A stretch of DNA of 64,000 nucleotides from Macrostomum lignano (Eukaryota): positions 1,734-65,733 of the forward strand of contig NIVC01004002.1 in assembly GCA_002269645.1 (NCBI GenBank), given 5' to 3'. The notes below the pieces were generated by a model, which was not told where the DNA came from, searched no databases, and saw only the letters and a list, made by a program, of their open reading frames with translations. A program made the translations under genes and the position numbers. Shown here piece after piece: positions 38,989 to 50,000 of the stretch (position 1 is the stretch's first letter; each line of letters opens with the position of its first letter).

Positions 38989-40847
38989 TCACCTGTTGAG
39001 GAACCTGCTGCCCCGCTTGCGGCTGGCCTCTCCAGCAGCCTGCTGGGCTGGAGGGGCGGCCGAGGACAGGGCCGCTGCTGCTCTGCTGTGCTGCTCGCTG
39101 CTGGCGTCGTCTCCCGTATCCACTTCATCATCATCCTCGGTCTCTTCCTCATCGCCAGCCTCCTCGTCCACCTCATCAACGGTCAGGTGATAGAAGTGGC
39201 CGGGAAATTTCTTTGCGCTCTCCACCTGTCGCGTCGACGCCGCTGCCATCTCCGATTCGGCCGTCGAATCTGCAGGCGGCTGCACCCGGCGCAGCGCAAG
39301 ACAGTTCAGCTGCGGCGTCTCCGGCAGCGACGGGCTCGGGCAGCCGCCGTCACCCTTGCGGCTGGAGCAGCAGTGGAAGACATACAGCAGGACACCCATG
39401 GTGATGACAGACACGGTCAGCAGGATCATCGTGCCGATCTCCAGCGGTCGCAACGACTCCTGATTGGCCGCACGCTGTGAATCGGAGATTAAAATCTAGT
39501 TAGTATTGTTGATTTTGCAGAGCCGGGGTTTCAACGAATCAAAATTGAGCTTCCAATGTTCGTCTCACATGATCCAGGTTGCGCTGTTCCAGCTCCATCT
39601 GCAACAGGGAGCGGTTGAGGGCCGCCAGGCGTTGGTCGAGTGCGTTGATGGCTGCCGATTTGTTGCTGTGGGCTGCAGGCGAGGCAGGAAGTGGATGAGA
39701 GGGCGCAGGAGTGACAATTTGACGCGGCATCGAGGCGAAATTCGTGTAAAAATAGTGGAAAATACTAGGTAGGTAGGTAGGATTTCTAAATTGAACCAGG
39801 AACACAGCCCTCATCTAGAAATTGCCGACCCAAACCTTGAACTACCAGCCCCGACCCAGGAACCGTACTTGGTCAATATAATTTAAATATGTTTCAGAGC
39901 GAATTTCATGTTCCTACGCCAGCAGCAGCTGTAGCAGATGCTGCACTCACCCATCTGGTTGGCAGCCGAGAGCTGCGCCACGGACTTCGCCACTTTGTCG
40001 ATGTCGCTCTGTTCCTGAGCCAGTTTGGCCTTCTCCTTGCCGACCTCGTCAACGGCTGCCCGTATGCTGTCGAGCACCTTCTTGGGCACCTCCGGTCCGC
40101 AGACAGCCCAGCGGCCCTTGTACACCCGGTCGAGCGAGCACCAGAGCACGTGGTACGCATTTCGAGTACAGTAGGAGTACTCAGTCCCGTTGTAGAGAAA
40201 CGGGAAGTAGCAATCTGACTCTGATTTTGGGAGCGATTGAATGGATCTGCTCTGAGCATTACGGATGAGATCAGCACCGCTGGATACATGAGTAGACGTG
40301 ATTTATGTACATTTAAAACTAGCAGACTGGCCTAAATGTTCCTCTGAAGGCTCTCAAAGCCGCTGGAATAGCTCGAAAGAGCTGAAATTTAGTCGCTAAA
40401 TCACCGGTGCCAGTTAATTGCGTTGAATTACTTAAAGGCGAAGAACCATGCAGTGCCGGGCCGCTCTCAGAGGAGCTAATTTTCCCACAGATTTTTTTCA
40501 AAATTAATCAGATTTCTGTATTTTTGGTTGAGATTTTTGTTGCAAATTTCCATTCGATGTGCTTTCGACGCGCGTACAACCGGCTTAGAGAACACTTTGT
40601 GATTTTGCGTCTTACCGGTCTCCAGAATAGTTGCTTTTTGTCAAAATTGTAAATTTGTCAGCCAACCTCCAATCGAACTACGAGCTAATTTCCCGCTGAT
40701 GCAGTTTCAATGAGCTTGGTGCAATAAAAAGCCAAGTACTGCTGCATTAAATACTGCGCTGGACTCACTTGTGTATCCGGCCACTGATGTGGCGCGCAAG
40801 CACAGGGCGGCAGTGAGGAGCCAGCAGGGCAGCCGCCAGGCGGTCAT
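38989..40847 (-). CDS. Uncharacterised type I membrane protein: signal peptide, FN2 domain, coiled coil, TM, acidic cytoplasmic tail (about 312 aa)
   Basis: Exons (minus): 40847-40769 (MTAWRLPCWLLTAALCLRATSVAGYT), about 40220-39951 (acceptor uncertain), 39672-39569, 39474-38989; phases 1,1,0 close to 939 nt. FN2 CYFPFLYNGTEYSYCTRNAYHVLWCSLDRVYKGRWAVC at 40212-40099; heptad-rich LDSIRAAVDEVGKEKAKLAQEQSDIDKVAKSVAQL and INALDQRLAALNRSLLQMELEQRNLD; TM IGTMILLTVSVITMGVLLYVF followed by HCC. Confidence 0.85.
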
Positions 40848-41116
40848 TCGCAGGCTGGTGCAGCTGACTCAGTGCGATTCTGCAATGCTTGGTCATTCAA
40901 TGTTTTAGCCAATTTGTAGCTTATAACTTATTTTCAGCATAGAAACGGCATTGTTGATGGCCTCAGCTCTTACCGGGCGCGTTCGAACTTAGAAAGCTTG
41001 CCACTAGTAGGAAGAAAGCTGTTTGCGCGAATAAATCAGAGAAGCCGTGAAGCAAACAATTCAAATTGTCATCTCCAACTGAATCAAGTGTAGCTGCGAA
41101 TCACGGAAGCATTTCT

Positions 41117-41495
41117 CAGCGAGTAGAAAGCAGCGCGGCCGTTGATTTCAGGGAATTCCTCAGCGAGTAGAAAGCAGCGCGGCCGTTGATTTCAGGGAAT
41201 TCCTCAGCGAGTAGAAAGCAGCGCGGCCGTTGATTTCAGGGAATTCCTCAGCGAGTAGAAAGCAGCATGGCCGTTGATTTCAGGGAATTCCTCAGCGAGT
41301 AGAAAGCAGCGCGGCCGTTGATTTCAGGGAATTCCTCAGCGAGTAGAAAGCAGCGCGGCCGTTGATTTCAGTGAATTTCTCAGCGAGTAGAAAGCAGCGC
41401 GGCCGTTGATTTCAATGAACTTCTCAGCGAGTAGAAAGCAGCACGGCCGTTGATTTCAGGGAATTCCTCAGCGAGTAGAAAGCAGCGCGGCCGTT
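41117..41495. repeat. 44-bp minisatellite, about 9 units
   Basis: Unit CAGCGAGTAGAAAGCAGCGCGGCCGTTGATTTCAGGGAATTCCT; period 44 (41117, 41161). Confidence 0.96.
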
Positions 41496-42354
41496 AATTG
41501 ATTCTCTCGTCTCAACAGTTTCCAGGAATTCACAAACTCACCGAACTGACTGGATATGGAGAGGCGGTCGCCCTTCCGTCAGCTGCGCAGCGGTGGGTGT
41601 AGCTGGGGGAGGCGAGCTGAGGAAGAGGCGCTCTGAGCTGCATGGCTACTCAATCGACCGTTGGTCGCGCGAATGCTCGGGATCGATTTGTGCACTGAGC
41701 AGTTCACGCAGGTATTGGCGTTGCTTATTGGCTGAATTTTCAGCACGGCAGAGCGGCATCAGAAAGCAATGAAAACTGACCGAGTCCTTCAGCACTTGTC
41801 AGCTCCAAGTAGCTGAATTCGACTCAAGGATCTGAATATTTCAAAGCATTCTAGCTCATAGTTCTTACACAATAGGAACTATAAACTGCAGAAATGCCAG
41901 GAATCCTCTCGGAACTTTTCAGTTCTAATCAAACAGAGATGCACGGGTACGTAGAATTTCAGTAGTTAAACAACGAGGGGTGTCCGAAAGTTGTGGGAAT
42001 ATTTGATGTGGCACATGTCTGGCTACAACAATCAATGAAAAAGCCTTCAAATCATAGTGAGAGCATCTGTGAGTAACATGTTTTAGGAACTTTATGAATG
42101 GAATTTAGCTTTGATGAGTTATGAACAAACGAGTGCAGTTGGTAAGGACACAACTGACAGAAGTTGGGCAGCCAAAAATTATGCCAAAGAGCGGCTTGAA
42201 CTTTACGCTTTGCAACTTTTTTTTAAAGAAAAATCACATCACTTTTATGAGCATGTTTGTGGCCCAAACACAAGACAAAAACCACGCAGCAGAAGCAGTA
42301 CAAATATGGACATCCCTCGTAAATGTCTTCAGAAACTCCAAATGTCTGTCGAGA

Positions 42355-43477
42355 TGATGATTGGCTAGAAATCCATGACAGCTGATGACTGGCTAGAAAT
42401 CCATGACAGCTGATGATTGGCTAGAAATCCATGACAGCTGATGACTGGCTAGAAATCCATGACAGCTGATGATTGGCTAGAAATCCATGACAGCTGATGA
42501 TTGGCTAGAAATCCATGACAGCTGATGATTGGCTAGAAATCCATGACAGCTGATGACTGGCTAGAAATCCATGACAGCTGATGATTGGCTAGAAATCCAT
42601 GACAGCTGATGATTGGCTAGAAATCCATGACAGCTGATGATTGGCTAGAAATCGATGACAGCTGATGATTGGCTAGAAATCCATGACAGCTGCTGATTGG
42701 CTAGAAATCCATGACAGCTGATGACTGGCTAGAAATCCATGACAGCTGATGATTGGCTAGAAATCCATGACAGCTGATGACTGGCTAGAAATCCATGACA
42801 GCTGATGATTAGCTAGAAATCGATGACAGCTGATGATTGGCTAGAAATCCATGACAGCTGATGATTGGCTAGAAATCCATGACAGCTGATGACTGGCTAG
42901 AAATCCATGACAGCTGATGATTGGCTAGAAATCCATGACAGCAGATGACTGGCTAGAAATCCATGACAGCTGATGATTGGCTAGAAATCCATGACAGCTG
43001 ATGATTGGCTAGAAATCCATGACAGCTGATGACTGGCTAGAAATCCATGACAGCTGATGACTGGCTAGAAATCCATGACAGCTGATGATTGGCTAGAAAT
43101 CCATGACAGCTGATGATTGGCTAGAAATCCATGACAGCTGATGATTGGCTAGAAATCCATGACAGCTGCTGATTGGCTAGAAATCCATGACAGCTGATGA
43201 CTGGCTAGAAATCCATGACAGCTGATGATTGGCTAGAAATCCATGACAGCTGATGACTGGCTAGAAGGCCATTACAGCTGATGACTGGCTAGAAATCCAT
43301 GAGAGCTGATGACTGGCTAGAAATCCATGACAGCTGATGACTGGCTAGAAATCCATGACAGCTGATGACTGGCTAGAAGGCCATGACAGCTGATGATTGG
43401 CTAGAAATCCATGACAGCTGATGATTGGCTAGAAATCCATGACAGCTGATGACTGGCTAGAAGGCCATGACAGCTGA
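42355..43477. repeat. 28-bp minisatellite, about 40 units
   Basis: Unit GATGA(T/C)TGGCTAGAAATCCATGACAGCT; period 28. Confidence 0.97.
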
Positions 43478-44097
43478 GGACCTCAACTAGAGAGAAATTA
43501 TGAATTTATTTCGACATGCTGATGTCTTGACGATTTCCTCGGTGCCCGAGGTTACTGCTGAGCATTTCGAGATGGCCGCGCTGGTGATGATGGAGAAATC
43601 ATTACAACTAAATTAGGGCCTTACTGGTCACAGAAATATTGCTTCTGGTCACAGAGTCCAATCTTGAAATGAACGTTACTGACTCTAGTTCAATTTTGAA
43701 TGCTCAAGTTGATGGCGAACAGCAGCTGCATGCTCTAGCTACTTTGGTTTACTAATTATAATTTCATCGGAAAACTCAACTGCTGAACTCGTGGGCACAG
43801 GCGACTACTTTTGAATCCTTAATGTTTTTGATGAGATTTTTTACCTTCATAATGCATTACAATAATTTGAATCGAAAGTATTGGAAATAACCAAGGCGCC
43901 TGTGAGGCTCTTCGCACAGATTGGAATGCCGAGTGCTGCTAGGAACTCTATATGCTGTGCAAGAGACTAAGCTAAGCTGCTGGCCATTCCAGCGAGCTGT
44001 GTATTTACCCCCGTTCAGTCTGGGGCTGTCAGTGACGTCTCCATATGGTCTCAAAATCTGCAAGAGTTTCAGACTGTGTCAATCTTCAATTCAACTC

Positions 44098-47000
44098 TCA
44101 GCGAGTGTCGGCCGCACTCGTCGACCCGGCGGCGTTTGAGGTCTGGCCGTCCACCGTCTCCAGAGCCTCTTGGGCATCGATGCGGTTGGGCCCGAGGCGC
44201 CAGATGGCGTGCACCTGGGAGGGGGTGGGTTGCGATACATCGGCTGCAGATGGATTAACAACAGACTAGCGGGGAGGGGGTTGAGATACATCGGCTACAG
44301 ATGGATTAACAACAGACTAGCGGGGAGGGGGTTGAGATACATCGGTTGCAGATGGATTAACAACAGACTAGCGGGGAGGGGGTTGAGATACATCAGCTAC
44401 AGATGGATTAACAACAGACTAGCGGGGAGGGGGTTGAGATACATCGGCTACAGATGGATTAACAACAGACTAGCGGGGAGGGGGTTGAGATACATCAGCT
44501 ACAGATGGATTAACAACAGACTAGCGGGGAGGGGGTTGAGATACATCGGCTACAGATGGATTAACAACAGACTAGCGGGGAGGGGGTTGAGATACATCGG
44601 CTACAGATGGATTAACAACAGACTTGCGGGAATGGGGACTAAGGGGATTCTGTTCTAGGTTTAAAGCAAGCACCCCAGAAAAGCAGAGCCCCAGGGGCCA
44701 CTCCACGGGCGGGGCAGCTCACCTTCGTGCCGAACACCAGGGCCAGCGTGATGGTGGCGCAGCCGCAGGTGCAAATGGCCACAAGAATCAGCCGCAGCTC
44801 ATAGCTGGAGTCGGGCAGCACGAAGGCCACGACGACCCCGATGAGCGCCAGCACGGTGGTGTTGTACACACAGACTCCGATCTTCTTCGAGTCGTTGACG
44901 GCATCCAGCTGCACGGTGCGAGTCTCCCAGGCGAAGATGATGGCAGCGAACAGGAGAATCCCTGCGGTTCATCCGGCGAAGAGCTCTATGCATTATTGGT
45001 GCTCTTGGAGCACCCAGTTTTTGAAACTTCATTCGATAACATCGATCCTGGCTCCTAATCTCAGCGGTGTATGTCGAGCAATAAGCAGTTGCGCATTTGG
45101 CTACGCGGCAGATTTTGTCTGCATTGCCTCCCCAATGCTTAGTAAGTCTTAATAAAGAGATTTACCCGATCAAAACATCAAATATTTCAAATATTCTCGT
45201 CCTAAGCTCGAGACATTCGAGATCTACTGTAGCTACCATCCTCGTAACTGTACTCATAAGGTCCATGGCGCTTCCCAACGCCTCTAGTCCCAGGCTCTAC
45301 TCTGTGCGTCCCAACGCCTCTAGTCCCAGGCTCTACTCTGTGCGTCCCAACGCCTCTAGTCCCAGGCTCTACTCTGTGTCCCAACGCCTCTAGTCCCAGG
45401 CTCTACTCTGTGTGTCCCAACGCCTCTAGTCCCAGGCTCTACTCTGTGCGTCCCAACGCCTCTAGTCCCAGGCTCTACTCTGTGCGTCCCAACGCCTCTA
45501 GTCCCAGGCTCTACTCTGTGCGTCCCAACGCCTCTAGTCCCAGGCTCTACTCTGTGTGTCCCAACGCCTCTAGTCCCAGGCTCTACTCTGTGTGTCCCAA
45601 CGCCTCTAGTCCCAGGCTCTACTCTGTGCGTCCCAACGCCTCTAGTCCCAGGCTCTACTCTGTGCGTCCCAACGCCTCTAGTCCCAGGCTCTACTCTGTG
45701 CGTCCCAACGCCTCTAGTCCCAGGCTCTACTCTGTGCGTCCCAACGCCTCTAGTCCCAGGCTCTACTCTGTGCGTCCCAACGCCTCTAGTCCCAGGCTCT
45801 ACTCTGTGCGTCCCAACGCCTCTAGTCCCAGGCTCTACTCTGTGCGTCCCAACGCCTCTAGTCCCAGGCTCTACTCTGTGCGTCCCAACGCCTCTAGTCC
45901 CAGGCTCTACTCTGTGCGTCCCAACGCCTCTAGTCCCAGGCTCTACTCTGTGCGTCCCAACGCCTCTAGTCCCAGGCTCTACTCTGTGCGTCCCAACGCC
46001 TCTAGTCCCAGGCTCTACTCTGTGCGTCCCAACGCCTCTAGACCCATGGCTCAACATCTACCTGATCAAAATCTGCAGATAGTTTCGATAGATGATCTGC
46101 TAGATGGCCTGCAGCAGCGCAGGATTTCACGGAGACAGAGAGCTCACCTTTTTTTCCAAATTCGGCGCCCAGCCAGATGGCTTGGTTGCGGCTGGCGCAC
46201 AGCAGAATTCTGGCGCTCAGAGTAGACCCGTCCGATCGCTCCTGGAAAGTGTGAAATTTTCGCCACCAGTGATGCTCACATTTTGCACACCGGACGTTTC
46301 ACCTGCTCGAAACTCACAGTCCCTTTTATAAGCTCAAAATTTTTTGTCACTTTCCTAAGTCCGAAAATAACGGAAGTGCAACCTGACGTGAAGCTGATCA
46401 CACTTTCAGCGCAGCAACAAAGGTTCGAATATACGAGCTACAATGCAAAAGTACAATTCTCACCTCAACAAGATACTCGCTAGCTTGCAAAGCCAACGGG
46501 TCCAGGCCGGCCCACAGTGCCAGGAGCACAATGTCAGCGACCACCACCACCACGATGAAGAGCAGCAAGTACCGGCTTTGCACGGGCTGCACGCAAAAAG
46601 TAAACGGGAATTTTTGGTATCTCCAGATTTTCCCAGTCGAGCTCAAGCAACTTGACTTACCGCTTTGCGCAGCTTGAGGTTGGTGAAGATGCGGTGCACC
46701 CACCAGGTCTTAGCCAGCATGGCGCCGAAGGCAGCTGAGTAGCCGAGGGTCAGCAGGGCCGTCTGCGCCCAGCACAAGGCGGTGCTCACAGACCAGTGCG
46801 AGTTCGCGGCCATCACAATGCAGGAGGCGTAGCACATGAGGCAGCCAGCGCCAATCACATTGTTCACCAGCGGGCTGCTCATCTTGATGAGGCGCAGCTC
46901 CCTGTAGTGAACGTTCACAGCGACCGCCGCCACGGACAGAGCCATGCCCAGTGATGAGATTGACGCGATGGCAGTCGTGGCGGGAAGGCTGAGCCTGATG

Positions 47001-50000
47001 TCCTCAATGATCACTTCTGGGGCGTCCAATGGGGGCTGACCGCCTGGATTGAGGGCCAGAATGGGACTCTTGAAAGCAAAGTGCATGCAGATCTTTTTTA
47101 ATAGTGCTTGGATTTCTGCAGCATCGAGTGTGCAGCGAATTGAAAATGGAGGGGTCAAAGTGGTGTGGCGGCAACGCGTCCCATTAGAGTTAGCGGATGC
47201 ATGGAAGCCTGGCGAGTGCGTGATTCAGACTGCAAGGGGAGCGAGTTATTTATACGCGTGCTTGCGCTCAGGGGTCAGTGAAATTGGCACCTTTTCTCTC
47301 GATCGCCTTCTCAGCAAACCAGCAGACTGAATTTACAACAGAATAAATTACGAGCGAAAAATTGCAAATGATTTGTTAAACGAGCTAGATTTTACGTATT
47401 TATTAGGTGATACTCGGCCACCCCAACCAGAGGAAACTCACCGATGAACCACAGGTCCTCAAGCCAAGTGACGTTGCCTTCGGTTGGGTCAAATGTTGCA
47501 ACCAGGTTTCTCTTGAGGTCTGTGGCAAATAGGATTGCAGATATTTTAGCTCTCCACTTGCTCCTTGGTACACAGCCTACAGTGGTAAACAGCAGCAAAA
47601 ATAGCAGCTCTCACTTTTAAGCTGATAAAATCGAATTTGAGACAGCCTGTCGCCTCGCCGGTCAAACCTCACTGGACCCTGAGAGGATTGGTGTGGACGG
47701 GATGTTGTTAGAAGATCCAGTTTTTTGCCAATGTAAGGTCAGCTTCGCTTGTCTATATGTTGAACTCGCGGGCTGCGATCTCGTCTAGCCCGGTCGTTTT
47801 GTTTTCCCCGGGTAGCGGGTTCGGTGCGGGACTGCCCCGGGTGTGCGGCGGAGGGATGGACAGAAGGCGAACGGCCGGCGCTCCTCGAGGCGGATGGCCA
47901 CTCCGAGGGGAAGAGGGAGAGATGCGACTCGGGGGCGTACAGACACTCCTCGGTCACGGAAGGCTCGGGGTACTGCCGCGGTCAGCGGAGCGGATAGCCA
48001 CTCAAAGCTGGCCCGGGAGTCACCGAGGTGAATGAGAAAGCGAGGTGAATGTGAGGGATTGGCCGGGGCGTACAGACACTCCGGACCAATCAAGAGATAC
48101 GAGGTGATGGACTGGCTGGGGCGTACAGACACTCCAAGCCAATCGAAGAGTGCAGGTGAGCGAGGAGGTGAGTGTACGCCCCCGAGTCGCATCTCTCCCT
48201 CTTCCCCTCGGAGTGGCCATCCGCCTCGAGGAGCGCCGGCCGTTCGCCTTCTGTCCATCCCTCCGCCGCACACCCGGGGCAGTCCCGCACCGAACCCGCT
48301 ACCCGGGGAAAACAAAACGACCGGGCTAGACGAGATCGCAGCCCGCGAGTTCAACATATAAAACAGCCTTTGTGGTATCCCAGCTGCACTGTGTAAATAT
48401 TAGAGAATAATGCAAGCACCAGTAGTATTTCCTGTGTTGAAGCAATACCGGAAGAAGTTAGAAATACAGGTGTCTTTCTGGTGCACCAAAATTAATCGTC
48501 TAGAATGTAAAATAAAATGGCGCATCAGTCAGAAGGTGCTCTGAAACCTTTACAACCTTTACAACAATTAAATATCAGGATTTGTTCCAAGGCATCCAGA
48601 GTAATGATTTTTTGCTCCTTGGCATTTAACCCGCCGTAAGTAAAATCAAAGGAACGGAATGCCCATTGGTTTTTCGCTCACCGACAGTCCGAGAAAGTCC
48701 AGCGACAGCAGGCTGCGGAACAGGCGGGCCTTGAAGCTGGAGTTCGCCAGCTGTGGGCTGGCCTGGAAGGCCTCCGTCTGCAGGCTGGAATTCAAAGCCA
48801 GAGCGGCCGCCATCGCGGCGTCGAAGCGCAGGTCGAAGCCGGAGACCGACTTCATCGAGGTGGCGCTTGCCCCGGCCCGTCTGGAGGCCAGGAAGTCGGC
48901 GTACAACTGGCTCAGCGTCTGCAGATTGGGAACATGATGTACTTTCTAGCCGGTAAACCCTCTCTGAAGCTCACATTCACCAAGGTTGAACAACATTGTA
49001 GGTCAGTTAAGTCTTTATTAGAACCTTCAATGATTTGCCATCTCTTATGATCTTTATAGTTTGTTTGTGAGCCGAACAGAATTAGCTGATGGAGATCAGA
49101 GAGGCGATTATTTTCGGGCTTTCGAACAGGACCTGAACAAAGGTCCTGTGAAATTTCGAGACAAAATTCAACTTCCAATAAGACTTCAGCTACAAAAAGT
49201 GTTTGGCTTTATCTTTGAGATCAGCAATTCGCGTACCGGACGCTTAGACTCTAAATTAAGAATAAATCAGTCAATATGGCTGCTCATCTGAGCCTCACCT
49301 TGCCAGCGATGCCCACCCGGGCCTCCGGCAGGCCGGGCTCCATGACGGGCGTGTCGAACTCCACGGCGCCCTCAAGGCTCCGGGCCCGCTCCGAGTCGGT
49401 ACAGCTGTCCTGCGACGAGGCTGTGCCAGAATCCGGAAATCCCAATTGAATCCAGGAGTACTTCATGCCGTAGGCCCCGAGGCTGTAAATCTGCAGGGTT
49501 TGCGCCATCGAGGCGGTTACTTTGACAAGACTACCGCACAATGTGCTCTCATCACAGAAGAATGAATGGAATGAAGCGCTAATCCTGGCTCGGGTATTTT
49601 TCACACGGATCCTTTCACATGGAGCCAGAGCAAGCTCCAAGTGAGATGATATTTCGGCACAAGTATTGCGTCACGACTAATTTTTTTCGAAATGGGAACC
49701 TGAAAATTTAACTGTTGTTTCCGCATGAAACCAAGGTTTTTTCTCGGGGCCAATAGAAACCTGTGAATTATTTAATATTTTTTACTTCCAGGTCAACACT
49801 ACAAAATTATTCCCAGAATAAAATATTACATTTTTCATGAGCCCCTTGATATTAATTAACGTGGGTAGCTCGAAACATCGTACCCCGTACCCCGTGCCTT
49901 GGTTCCGATGAGCACCTCGATTTCGAACGAAAACATTTCTGGATTGGCTTCAGAGAAAAATTTCAATATTCTGCACGAGTCAGTCATTTATTGAGTCATT

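Noticed and set aside
44170-46225. Repetitive ORFs (GRGLRYIGYRWINNRLA; PNASSPRLYSVR; GTHRVEPGTRGV)
   Set aside because: Translations of the intronic 51-bp and 36-bp arrays.
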